Shown piece by piece: positions 23,766 through 36,379 of a DNA stretch of 36,379 nt (positions are counted from its first letter, which is position 1; every line of letters starts with the position of its first letter). This DNA comes from Catajapyx aquilonaris (taxonomy: Eukaryota), in NCBI GenBank assembly GCA_000934665.2, contig KZ538028.1, positions 124,001 through 160,379 of the forward strand. Reading direction: 5' to 3'. The translations under genes and the position numbers were made by a program. The notes under the pieces are model-generated. The model was not told where the DNA came from. It did no database searches and worked only from the letters and a program-made list of their open reading frames with translations.

Positions 23766-23783
23766 ATTCATGTACCGACTTGG
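23766..23783. mobile_element. Family A terminal fragment
   Basis: attcatgtaccgacttgg, an 18-nt exact match to the family A end, directly upstream of a family B copy. Confidence 0.7.
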
Positions 23784-23786
23784 TAG

Positions 23787-23982
23787 GATGCGGCAGACGG
23801 GCAAATTGAAGTGCGAGCCGTGCGAGTAAGAAATGGTAGCCCTTGGGTGACGTCACTGGCTGGGGACAAGCCTTTTCTCCATTGCTCCCCAGCCTGTGAC
23901 GTCACTCAAGGCCTACCTCTTCTTACTCGCACAGCTATTTGCACTTCTGCCGCATCATCAAATGTCGCAAGCAGTATGATGC
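23787..23982. mobile_element. MITE family B copy, opposite orientation, both termini eroded
   Basis: gtgcgagccgtgcgagtaagaaatggtagcccttgggtgacgtcactggctggggacaagcc is the reverse complement of the right half of 20582-20850. Confidence 0.9.
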
Positions 23983-26678
23983 AGGGTAGAAATCGCAATG
24001 TCAGGGCATGTCGATTCATTTTTGATCCCAAATATCACTTCCACACTGCCTGTTGCTCATCCCCTCCCCATAGGTTTTCCATTGCAAATCCCATTCCAGC
24101 ATCCACCACTAACCCTAAACGTGTGAAATGACACATCTACACCGTCGACTCTCATCCCAACGCACAGTCGATCCATCAACCTTTCCCATATCCACAAAAA
24201 AGGATAGGTTTGTCAGAATTGTGGCCCAGGGATTGATGACCTGTCTGCATCCTTGCAAGTCGCATTGAGATGAGCATCAGCAGGTGGGGAGAGGAGGGGG
24301 GTTTGTCTGATTTACCTTCTATACCCCTTGGTCTTTATACGGTTGAAGGGACAGGCAGCACGTGGCACGCGATGGAAATCTGTCCTGGCTGCTTCCCAGC
24401 AGAAGAATTGGAATGTCGGGTCCCTCCCTCGAATCATATTGGATTCTTCTGGGAATTTGAAAGTAAACGCGTGCGTCTCCCAGAGCAGCCAATATCTAGG
24501 AGAGGAAAATATATGTCTTTCTCTATTCTTCTAGATTTATATCTTAGCACCTACAGGGTGTCGCCAAATCAGTCCACATGAACACAAATCTGCTCTAGGG
24601 TCATCTAAACACGGACTCACCTAGCGATTACACGGATCAGATCCCCTTTATAGTGTGGAGCATAGAACCGGCCTGGGATTGCCCTTAGCTTTAGTGGAAC
24701 AGGGATGCTGCGATGCACCCGCTTTTGACACTACAAATTAGGGTAAATAAGATGCAACGACCCGAGGTAATTTTTGGGGCGGGACTTTGTTTGTAGGGTT
24801 CACACGTTCATTTTTTTGGTGGTGTACAGTGTCAATTGACAGTACAGTACGTTGGCCTTTACTGAAGAGGTTGCCAAAAAAAGTTATGGCCAAATGTAAG
24901 AGGTGACTTAGAGAAATTACTGGTGATGCTGATGGTGTCTAGGAGAATTATTTCCTCAGGCTAACTACTGAAACAGCCTGATTTTTTATGTACCATATGC
25001 TAACACGCTACTGCTTATCCGTTAGCTACAGTGGCGATTTAGAGCGGATCTTCCGTTAGTGTGTAGTGTGCTTTTCATCAGATGTGTAGTTTGCCTTAAA
25101 ACAGGGTGTTAAGTCACGCTGTTGAGAAATTCAGCTTTTTTGGGAGAAAGAGTTAGTGGAATCGAGTTATCATGCCTGTACAGTCGCATGTTTAATAGGC
25201 GACAACATAATTTTACCGTCATGCACCAGCATTCTGATGAATTATGCCCTACTTTTGGAAAGTCCGTAACACAATCATAGTTTCCTCTCAGGTTTTCTTT
25301 GAGCCAAAATGTGGCATGCACTATGCTTTCTAAACTTTTTTGGAGACTGTACAGTACCTTTTTTTTTGCGTACCACGGTCCTTGCCTAGAAACATTTCCT
25401 CACAACACACGATAAGTTTTGCATCAACTTCTTTACAGGAAAGTTTGTCAAATAAAAAACTGTTGCAAAACTTGTTACCGTGTGTTACAGGCTCCATTTT
25501 TTTCACTAGCTTTACACTATAGTCCTATAGGTACAGTACATATATGATAGAACAGCCTCAGCTTGTACCTTTCTGTTTTGTCAAGGAGGTAAGTTGTAAA
25601 TAAGTCTGAAACTGTCAAAAAATATAATTATGTCGCTAGGTAGCCTTAATAATCATATCACACTATGAAATTATGCGCTTAATTATTATTATTATTTTTT
25701 GAAATCTTGGTTTCCCTCTGAAGTATTGGAAGAACGAATATTCAGTTTTCCAATGACGGCATGACCATATCCAATAAAAAAACTGGCTAGGAAGGTCCTG
25801 CATCTGCCTGTATCTGAATGGAATGTACGATGAGCGAGAAAAAAGGTTGGAGTGGCGAAAAAACTTAGTCTCGTGAAAGTGCTGCTGGAATGTCAACCAT
25901 GCGTCATCACTTGAGCTCAGGAATGTGCTTCCATCTTGGAAATTATATTTTTTTGGGGGTCTTTTTGAAAGTGCAGGTTGGCTCTACTATAGTTACCATT
26001 TTTTGCATGTGTGTTGGACTTAAATTCCAATTCCAAAAATAATAGGTCAAACCCAACCAAAACCCAGTGCATACCGTAAATCTAATTTAACATATTTTTC
26101 CACATCCAAAGTACATGTGAATAGTGCTGACACACACAGAAGAGTGTCCTTTCCCCTCTCTCATTGTGCTGGAACCTAATTAAAAATGAAATACAAATTT
26201 GCATGGCATCCACACACATGGGCGAATTCCTGTGAGGAAAGATGTAGAGTTTTGGACGTAAATGCATCCCCCCTTAAATGAATTTCCCCCTCTAGCTTTT
26301 GTTGGAACAAGTGAGGCACAAAGGAGTGCAATTTGCCTGCGAAAGTGCCCCTCGGAATGTCCCGTTAATCTTAGAAGAAAAGTTTCTGGACGCCCTAGCT
26401 GCACACACAAATCCGAATTTTTTGGACCCCCCCCCCCTTCTTTTTTTCCCCCCTTCCCTAAGCCCATATAACCCACCCCTGGGCTGCTTTTGAAGGCGTA
26501 ATTTTATGGCCAACGCATCTTGTGACCTTACGGTTTAATATTGCAAGCGTGGTAATAATGTAAGCAGTTAGTTCTTAGTGACGTGAGAGTAATTTGAGTG
26601 TTGATGTTCAGTTATGTTCTTTAGGCTGTTTATTTAAGACTGGCATGACTTCTGACAGCTTGTTGTTTCAAGTTCATC

Positions 26679-26767
26679 ACTAATATCGCCAGAAGTAGTT
26701 ATTTATGTGTAGCACAACAACAGCTTTGCGCTACAATAAAAGGCCCCACGAATTTGGAACACCATAT
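26679..26767. mobile_element. Degenerate fragment related to the 22448-22643 family E element
   Basis: actaatatcgccagaagtagttattt resembles 22448-22475, and cccacgaatttggaacaccatata resembles the family E right TIR. Confidence 0.65.
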
Positions 26768-27033
26768 ACTGGAGGTATTGTACTGTATTACATGATAATA
26801 CGGCTTTTACACTGTAGGACACTTGACCACGATTCGCCATTACATTTTCGCTATAATTTGACAAATGGATTAATTATTCATCCGGCTGGTTCCCATGAAT
26901 TTTTAAATAGTTCAGATTTCCCAGGTGAAAGTATGTGTGCCACACAGTCGAACGGTTGTCGAATGAATTTCCGAATCCATATATAGGGTATGCTAATGCT
27001 AGAAACGCATGCGTCGACACTCACCATGTTATA

Positions 27034-27253
27034 CAGTGTTGGACATTAATCGCATCATACTGCTAGCGACATTTTCTGATGCGGCAGAAGTGATAGAGTG
27101 TGAGCCGTGGAAGTAAGAAGAGGTAGGCCTTGAGTGACGTCACCGGCTGGGGGGCAATGGAGAAAAGCCTTATCCCCAGCCAATGACGTCACCCAAGGGC
27201 TACCACTTCTTACTCGCATGGCTCGCACTCTATCACTTCGATTTCGAGCACTG
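27034..27253. mobile_element. MITE family B copy, TA TSD, deletion in the right arm
   Basis: TA|cagtgttggacattaatcgcatcatactgctagcgacattttctgatgcggcagaagtg ... gagcactg|TA, colinear with 20582-20850. Confidence 0.92.
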
Positions 27254-27260
27254 TACAACC

Positions 27261-27347
27261 GATCCAGTAAGGATCACGGGGGCCAATATGCCGGGGGCTA
27301 AAAGTCCGGGGGCGAACCGGCGGGGGCGAAATGTCTGATCCAGTAAG
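27261..27347. mobile_element. Family F remnant: four about-15-bp GGGGGC-led repeats between 11-bp direct repeats
   Basis: gatccagtaag at 27261-27271 and 27337-27347. Between them: gggggccaatatgcc, gggggctaaaagtcc, gggggcgaaccggc, gggggcgaaatgtct. Confidence 0.65.
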
Positions 27348-30300
27348 CTTCCAACATTATTGCTGATTCTGCCAGAAAGTTGCATCTATAGTCTCGGTTT
27401 TTCCAAGAAAAATATTTTGGGTTTTAGCTGAGCTGCGTGGGTGAAAGGGAGGCTCTCGGGTGATGGATGAGTGTCCGAGTTGTCGGCAATCTCCCCGTCC
27501 ACACAAGAGACAGGGCCTCACCAGCACACACAGAAGCTTCTAGCTTTTTTTTTCCTATCCTCCTTCAGACTTCCTTCCAGCCAGAAGTAATCGATGTCGA
27601 GCCAAGGGGTGCATCATCTGGGTAACGAAAAAGGGTGCAGATGATAGGTTTCCCAGAGTTGCGCCGGGGTTGCCTGACAGCAACTTTTAGGGGGCAACCT
27701 GGGCAAACTGTTGCGGATAAGTGGAGAAAGTTGGGCGTCCAAATTGTGCTTTGTTTGCTGTCTCAGCACTGCCTTTTTTTTCTTCTTCTTCGTCTCCCCT
27801 ACCGTTTCTTCCAAATTGTCGCCCATTATGCGGACAAAAACGCGGCTTATTGCACCCAAATTGCTCCAAGTTTCCGGAGCACCCTCCCACTTCCCCGCAT
27901 GCCCCCACCTCTTTTTATTTCAGAAGGAGAGGCTTTATTTCCTTCTGCCCTTTTTTCTCTCTCTTTGTAGAAGGATAATAATGATGATGATAATAATGGG
28001 GGGTGACGCCACAAAAGACTGGTTGGCTTCTTCCATGGAAGACGCTCCTTACTTCAAGCTGCTTCCAGTTTCTTTTTCTGGGTCCCTTTTTTGCATATTC
28101 ATGTTGACTACACACGCACGAGGGTTTTGTTAAGTGCACGTGCCTTACAGGGTCATAAAACAGTAATGTCCTAGGTCACTGCCTCAATAACATCTCTCTG
28201 ATGACTTCTTCGTGCTGTTGAGGCTGCACAAACAGAGGGTGTCTACATTGGCTGGGGTTGCTTGAGGACCGCACCTATTAATATTGAGCAGGAGGAGTAC
28301 ACAATTAAGTTTTCACAATATTGGACCAGCGGTTGGAGATCCGGGCCGGCATAGTGAACTACTTGGAAGGGGAGTGTTAAGGATTTATGGGACAAATTTG
28401 ATATATAGTGCCAGGTCTCAGGTGCGAAGATGTTAAAGTGTGGACTGAGAGTCGGTTACCAGTAGAGTCTTGTAGTGGTGTGTTCTGGAATATTTGACAC
28501 AAGACGAAATTTTGGGCTTAGACTCAGTGTTCTATAGTAATAAATGAAGCTTTCATACAGTTACTTTTATGGGTTATTAAAGATACAATGAAACATGTAC
28601 TGGAATAGCTCCATTCCACAAAGTTCTCGATAGTGAACAAGTGTTCATTAACTGACCAATTACTGAAACAGAGTGAAAGACACATGTACGTACGAGTATT
28701 TCTTGAAGGATGTTAAAATATTCATCAGTTTTTTTCTTCAAGAAAATGTTCTGCACACTGCACTGCATTGAATAAAATAATGTAGCGAAAGCAAACATAA
28801 CCGTTCTCTTATTCAGCAGCTATGTTACTAATTATATACTTACAGTATATGCACACATTTTAAGGGCACTTTCTTCATGAATATATTATGGAATGTGCAC
28901 TGAATGCAAAGTTGCCAGCACATTCTCCTGTAGTGCAACATGGGGATTTTTAACGTAGAGGATTGGGGAAACTATTTCATGAAAGTGGGGTATGTGCACG
29001 TTCTTGCCATATTTAGGTAACATTAATCATACATGTTTTTTCGTGTGATGCTGTACAGTACATACTGACATACTAAGAGAAAAATGAAACACAGTTTGAA
29101 TTTTATGCGACTGGTGTAAGAACCGATCACATCGATGCGATGAAGAGTATAGCAGTTAAAATTATTTCAGTGTGGTCACTTTTTTATTCAAAAATAATTT
29201 CTGATATCAGTACAACTGGTCCTAAAAAGTGTCAATTTCATACGTAACTTTATTTCAAGTTTGATGGCCGAGTTTTCCGTGCTTACCAGCAATTTTGCCT
29301 ACTATATGATAAGGCATACACGCGAAGTCTCACCATATGTAATTAAGTTGTAGCAGTTGCCACTAAAACAAGATAAATTCGCGTGTAACGGTCACTGCTC
29401 TATACTCGCGAAAACCTTTGCCTTTGAACACCAATTTTCGCCATTTTTTTCCAACAAACGAAAGAAAAGACGGTACCCCCACAACTATAGTGATGGATCA
29501 GGTTCTCTTTTCAGTAATTCTTATCCAGGCCATCCTTCATCCAAGGCGCCATCAATGGCTCCCCCTTTGCTTTTTCTCTTTCCTGTCCATATATCTCGCG
29601 TCTTCTTCGCTTCTACCCAATGCAGAGGTGCAGATCCAGACAAAGCAGATAGAGATACCCATCAGTCCTGCTCCGTCACGTAACCCTCAAAAGACCAATC
29701 CACAAATCCGATCCATCAATGTCTCCCTTCTGCCTCCGTCCCTCAATCAATCGCATTTAATAACCAGACACAAGACGGTTCCATTGCCAGTCTCGATAGA
29801 CACCCTGAGAGAGAAACACATTTAGGCAGTAATGAGAATCGTAGACGCCACTGAATGGTATTATCTCTCTACTTATCCTCGCTGGTGCTGTCTAGTGTCA
29901 TTTATTTTTCCAGGAGGTTTAGAGTGCTCTATTTTTCTTGGACAACAAAACTTTTTATAGGTTGCTGATCATGCAATGTTCGTGTCCTGAGCAATGTCTA
30001 TACCACCACCTGCTATCTGTGCCTCCCGATAGACCCTCTTCCTGGAGACTTCCCGGAGTAACGAGCTCGTATCGAATCGTACAGAAGACCCGAAAGGGTA
30101 ATGTCACCTCAGAAAAAAAAGACTCTTCTTCGTCAAAATGGCAAGGTCCTATGCCTTGTCCTTATTTTGCTGGAGCTCAAAATGTCCCGATCGATGTAGG
30201 AGACTCTGGGTGTAGCTTGTTGAAAGGACAGGGTCGTTAGGTAGTAATGACAACACGTGGCTTGGGCTGAGTGTGCAGTACGGATTCCTCTTGTGTGTAG

Positions 30301-33103
30301 CTAGCTAGGGAAGGAAGAGAATCTTGAAGGAGCAGGTTTTGCCTTCTATAGAGAGTAGGTTCCTCTGTATAGAGAAAAGAGGCCAACCCCATAGCAGCAG
30401 CAGACTCGATACTGCCTGCTGCTGCCTCCCTATAATATCGATTTGCGGCCTTTTCGCTCGCATCCCAGCCTCGTTTCCCGCATCCAAATTCGCACCAAGC
30501 CCTGCCGCCCTGACTCAGCCTACTTCAGAGTTCGGTTCTAGGCACAAACAACTTGGCTGCATACCCTCAATTGCACTTAATCTGAAGCGACAACTTTTCT
30601 GAGGGGGGTTGCCGCCAATCGAATGGTTAACTAATGAAAATGGTGCGGTTGGACGGTATCACGACTGACTTATACGAAATGGCTGTCTCCGCAGGCGCGA
30701 GCAGGCCTGCCATCTAGTGAGAGACGTCACAATGTACAGGACAATTATCCAAATGCTATATATTTTGTAGTTTAGTTAAAAATTAGGCATAGTGAACCAA
30801 GTTATAGGACAAAATAAGTTGAAATTGCACTTTTTTTTCATTCAAAACTGATATGCGGTGCGATATGCATATTAGTTTAATGAGAAGTGGATTTGCATGC
30901 GTATTGCAGTCTCAAGGGTCTCACTGCGAGGATTTCTGCAGTGGGTCTGAACTTTCAAGATGTTTTCCTCCCGAATTTTTTTTCCGTTCATATTATGCAC
31001 GCAATCTCGAATCGATGCAGAGCGAAAAGAAATAGGGGAAATAGATTAAACTTTTCCATGCTATTTGGGGGTCCGGGTATTATTGGTTCCAAATTGTGGC
31101 ACGACTTATGAGTTAGTTCACATTCCGGTTTTAATTCCGGCGAGTAATCAGAATTATTGCTGGAAGAGAAAACGGTTAACATGTCCTCAAGAGACGACAT
31201 TACTGTTGCTATTAAATATTTGTGTCGCTTTTTTACAGTCATATCCTTCCTAGATGACTGCAATCACTTTTTATCAGTTTTAGTGTACTTTTATATTGTG
31301 TTATGTAGGTCAGTAACTGCTTGGCAGGTTTCTCTTACTGTTAGTAACATCCTGAATTTGACATTTCATCGAGTCCAATTTACATCAGTCATTACTTGTG
31401 TGCCAAAAAATCATCGGCTGCCAATATGTTGTTCACCAAACTGCCAATATTCGCTTGATGGACTAATGAAACATTGACATCCGAAACGCAAATACGTCAA
31501 AAATAGCACCTTGACAGTAATCTATCGAATATCAAATTACGGACAGTTGATATGCCGATAGGGGATACGTTGACAGGGTTTTTAGCTTAACAGGCAAGGA
31601 GTAAACACTTGGATGGACATGTCGTCAAACGTTGATGGTCTGCACACGTGACAAATGGGTTCCCAGGCAAAAATAATGCCCACGCCTTCCATAAATTACG
31701 TCCAGTATCGTTACGTCAACAAGACAAGATGTCCGTCGCTTGACTTTCCAAATTGAACGTTATTTTTTTTGATGCCAACTTTTGCGGCCTGGCTTTTGAG
31801 ACATCCGGTATAAGAGGCCTTTGATCTAGTCATCCATTAGAAAGTTTTATGCATTGATGTCGGAAACTTCGAAAAGGAGGGGGGCGGCCCTCGGGTTTTG
31901 ACAATCCTGACGCATCATTTATTTACTGCTGCATGCAGCTGCATTCATGACTTACGGAGAGCCATAAGCGGGCCTCTTATTACAGTATTTTTCTCCCAAT
32001 AAAAAAGTGGGGGACACGGAAAGGCGAAATCAACAAGGGAGATAGCGGGACAAATGGGGAAGTTAAGGTGTACCTGCCGATATCAAAGCATAAAACTAGT
32101 GAATGGAGTGAAATTCAAATGTGTGTCCGGCATAGTGATTTATGACTGGGAACATAATAAAAATGCTATTGAAGACTGCTACGTACAGGTTCCTTAAAGC
32201 GCCAGATAAATTTGCACCGATTTTTCATATGTAAGAGTGCCGCCTACTCGTTATTGTCACAGTGCACCGCAGCCAACCAGAACCTGTTAACCAATTACTG
32301 ACGGTAATAGGATTCCGCTCTTGTAATAAGCCCACAGTACACAGAGGCCCCCCCATGGTTAAGAAAGTGCAAAGACGTGGCCATCTCAGTAAAGAGCGAT
32401 GACTCTCCAATTCATCCGTCGCGACCCGCTTGACCTCCGTTAATAGGGTCGGTCCGTAGGGGTCAGCAGAAGCAGGCAGTCTCCGGATATTTGCCCATTA
32501 AGTCGATATCCCGGCGGGAGTTGGCCTAATCCGGTTACCGCAATCTAATCCAGCTAACAGGAGAAGCAGCTTCCTCCAGAAAGATGGAGGGGAAGGAGGG
32601 CCAGAGTGTATGACTCGGCGATTTAAGGCCCTTACAAAGTCGCAGCTAGTTTCAGTCGCAGCGACTTTGGTAACAGCTATTTACTGAATCAACAGTAGCA
32701 CCGACTATATCAGTAACTGCTATTGAAGTAGCAGCGACTGAGTCGTTAAACGCGATTTTTGGGCACAGTTGAGTGATAAACATCCTATTTTGTACAGTAA
32801 GTGCATGTAGTCATGTGAGATAAGTTCTACAGCCTTTGGAGGAGCAGAGTGAGACAGGAAGGGGGAAGAGGTGGTGGGGAGGATGAAGGAAAGGAAGTTG
32901 GCTGCGCGAATTGGGTGGGTCATTTTCCGCTTGGGCGAGAAAGCGCGACTGCCCCCGAATTCATCTTAGTTTTCCTGGTTGGCGCCAAGACATGTTTACG
33001 AGGCGCCTTCTTCCTTGGGTCTCTTCCCCGAGACTCCTTTTTTTTCTCTCGTCGTTTTTGGGAGAGTAGTTAGACACTTGGCTGGGTGAGGCAGTGCACA
33101 GCT

Positions 33104-33210
33104 TGTTAGGGATGCTGTAGCTTGGTGAGAGAGGATGGAGAAGTAACCCAGGCGTGCTTCTGGGTTGAAAGGTCCGGAGTTCGATTTCCGGTCCTGGCTA
33201 TCTGTGACAA
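33104..33210 (+). pseudogene. Degenerate tRNA-like or SINE-head-like sequence
   Basis: B-box/T-arm-like aaggtccggagttcgatttccgg (33169-33191), weak A-box-like tagcttggtgag (33118-33129), and hairpin aacccagg/tctgggtt. No complete cloverleaf. Confidence 0.3.
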
Positions 33211-36200
33211 GGTTTATTGATAATTTCAGCACAAAATGAGAATTAACTGCATGAGTTTTTGGTTGGAACTTGGGGTCGAGACGTGGTTTCAAGCTTCTGA
33301 GAGTTCAGACATCGAGAAGAGGAGGACAGGTGCGCTTCATCTTCCGGGCTATTGATCCTGGTCTCTCTCGCTGCTGCCAGCACCCCACCCAGCCCATTTT
33401 GCTACAGCACTGTGCATGTACCGGTACCCTTTACAAGTGAACTACATTTTCGGAGCACCTGCAGCTATCGCATCACCATTTACAAGGTTGGAAAAGAGAG
33501 TCTGTCTTCTAAAACCAGCTGGCACGGTTCTAATACTGTTATGTACTACGAGAATGCAACATTATTATGCAATTATCGAAATTTTTTTGTCTGACGACAT
33601 TTTGGTAGAAATACCACTTTGTAGGACACCATAGGGACAACGCAACATGATCAGATTAGAGCACGAGGAAAGAACACACATCCGCTTGGCCCAGGCACTC
33701 ATACTACGGAGGACGTGACGTGACAAGGAAATGCAAAATTAATTCACGCCCTGGTGTCGTGTCGTCCATGACCCAGTGTAAATCCGGCCTTACACGTAAT
33801 CTACCACACGAAGGAAAAAAAAAATACCGTACCGCATTTTTCAAACTATGAATCCTCCCGTGCGACAGCGTTCTTTGGCCTCTTACCAGTGGTTCGGGTG
33901 CCAAGAAATTAGTACACCCAGCGATTTTCACACGTTGCCGGTACCGATATATTTACTGCCAGCAGTTAGTTAAGCCCAGTGGTAGTTCATTACGGAGAGG
34001 TTCTGGTGGTATAGCCGCTGTCGTTGGCGATGGATTCCCATTACATCATCAATCATATTGCACCGTAGGGACTCCACAGGTACACTCTGCTATATGAAGC
34101 TGACTTATCGGATTCCATATAGCAACATGTATCTGAAGCTTAATTTTTTCCCTAATTTTGAGCTGTGTTTGGGCAGTGTGTGTCAGTCTCGGTGCGGATT
34201 TTCGCAAGGTACATCACAGGTCAGGCGAGAATATTGTTGGCAGGGGAAATCTCCACGCATGCCAACCAAGGCCTTTTGTGAGGCCGGACAGGCAGGCAGG
34301 TCTAATCCTATCCCCCAACCTAAGCCCGCCCATTCACTATATTAGCGCGAAATCATTAACCGAGTCCAAGAGTTGAGGAAGTAATTGCATTAGTTAATAA
34401 TTAAATTATTTCCGTAAATCATGTTGATTGCCCAAACTCTATTATGAATTCCTAACTGCTGAACAATGCAGTGCGGAACCAAATTAGTGGTCAGCCCCAT
34501 ACCCCCTCCCCCATCCTACTCTTCCCAACCACCCCCTTTCTAACCTATAGTTCGATTGGGGATTGGCGCTTCCAACAATGCAGCCCGCACTTGTACCTAA
34601 TTAAATGGGATTTGCTCCATGGACATACCGATCTCATCTCGCCGACAACAACAGGCCAAAAGATGAATTTTTGAGCACCAAGATTTTCCCCCCCAAAAAA
34701 TCAGCCTCTCTCTCATTAAGGTCCAATCAAGCATCGGATAATGAGAATGGGCAGCTCGGACAACTCCTGCTCACAATGAATAATTACAGTATTATGCATA
34801 CCGAGGACGTAATTATGTTGGAGAGTGAGGGTGCATTCCACTGGAACCAAGGAAGCCCCAAGTTGGCGTCAGATTCAATGAAGTTTGAGGGTAGAGCAGC
34901 AAAGAGGGGAGGTTCTATTAATTCATTAATCAATTGAAAATAATGCAGGGCTTCTGGTTGGGTTTCTTTCTTGGCAGGATTCAAAAGGGGTGGTGACGCC
35001 AGGGGTTTCCCCTTTTCTCTTCTGCAGGCGAAGTTGGAAGAGGTCGTTGAAAGGGGGTGACTGGCTTGCTATTGGGGGAAGCACATCTGATTGCAGCAGG
35101 AGCTCAGAATGTGTTTTTTTTTTCTTCTTCTTCTACTACTTCTTTTTCCAACCCCCTTCTCTTCTTGAGAAGAGCCAGCTCGCTAGTGGATCTCTCTCCT
35201 CTCTGGCTCGTCTGCAGCATTGGCCCATCATTACCAAGCCCTTAGCGCTGCTTCTCCACTCACGGCCTAATTGAAAACAACTCAGACTTCCTTCGTTTTC
35301 GAGAATGTTTTTTTTTCTTCTTCTTAAGGTGACCCTGCTACATGAGAAGACGGTTTTGCAAAGTGAGGCAATCGTCCTGGTAGGCATATGTTGTTGATTA
35401 ATTATATGGTGGGCGTACAAGAGAAATCGGAAAAGTCTAAAAAAACAAGTTTGGAGATAATCCAAAGCAAAGATTTGTCTTGTTCTTGTTTACATGGTAG
35501 TTAACCCAGATACTGTATATTCCTGAAATTATTTTGTGCTAAATATATGTATTTTTTCAAGATTTTTATTTTCATGAGCAAATGAAGCACTTAACATAAT
35601 GACTAAAAATCTAATCCCTCTACAAGTGTACTCTACGCAGAACATCAGGCACATACTGACTTGACGGCCCATTATATGAATACTTAAGATTAAATGGACT
35701 TAACCAGTCGATAGAGCAGAAAAGTAAGGTACACTAGCTTTCTTTTGCATGCCCACGATATGAGTCATAGAGATTAATCTATAGGTGGTTTGAGCCACCC
35801 TGCGCTGTATAGCTCAAAATATACAGTGAGTTGTTCTAATCAGGTGTCCTAAGGCTCGTATTAGCGAATTGTTGACTAGACTGTGCAAATAAACAGGGTG
35901 AGTAATAACAGTCCTTTGGGAATAATTAATAAGCTACAATAATAATTATTGTATTGACATTTAATCACTCGGGGATGGTTGTGCTTGTAATATGTTTATT
36001 GCGTAAGTGAGTAACGTATTGTATACGCAATTACTGGTTGTACAGACCTGTGTCGATAATGCGTATCAATAAAAAGAGCATCAAGGTAACAATAAAGGGC
36101 AGCGAGAGTGCGAGCCTAACATGCTCATAAACACTCTTTTCTGCAGAAAGTGCTTGTCTGCTTGAATATTAATAACTACCAACTGTGTAATATTCATATT

Positions 36201-36379
36201 CAGAGCTTTACTGAAAATGCGTCAGAGAATCGCATATAATCCCATTTTAATGAGTCTCTTTCCTTATTCATTGTTCATTACTGGCTGGTTCCATTTCAAT
36301 CCAGACGGAGGGTGCCCAGTCATGGTCTTCGATTTTTTTTTAAAAAATATATGTGAAACCCACATCCAATTGAACCCTT

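Noticed and set aside
28150..28560. LTR-like stretch with TATATA and AATAAA
   Set aside because: No definable TG...CA boundaries or TSD.
33690..33792. Harbinger/Tourist-like end (cagtgtaaatccggccTTA) with a weak internal inverted repeat
   Set aside because: Only one terminus is recognisable and there is no second copy in the window.
1..36379. Scan by eye for conserved animal miRNAs (miR-10, iab-4, miR-124, let-7 and others) and homeobox exons
   Set aside because: Only seed-length matches without precursor hairpins, and no homeodomain motif in the ORF track. A visual scan is not exhaustive.

Overview
This is eukaryotic (animal, probably invertebrate/arthropod) non-coding DNA from a draft assembly, with a 43-N gap and single Ns, mostly inside poly-C runs. 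None of the listed ORFs resembles a protein family I recognise, and I found no intact rRNA, tRNA, CRISPR array or known miRNA. The window reads as a large intron or gene-poor intergenic region. It contains: (1) at least five families of short non-autonomous DNA transposons (MITEs), one with 7 copies or fragments and one with 3, several nested in each other; (2) two tRNA-derived SINEs on the minus strand, one full length with a 19-bp target-site duplication; (3) long perfect palindromes (48-bp arms at 1494-1602, 51-bp arms at 22204-22447); (4) a 10/20-bp minisatellite and several microsatellites; (5) one plausible isolated coding exon built from a 21-bp repeat (8403-8525); and (6) GC-richer, repeat-free blocks that may be regulatory, including a possible minus-strand TATA promoter near 9040-9125. 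I cannot support a new multi-gene system. The best leads are MITEs sitting at the apex of palindromes, the heptad-repeat exon and the related SINE pair.
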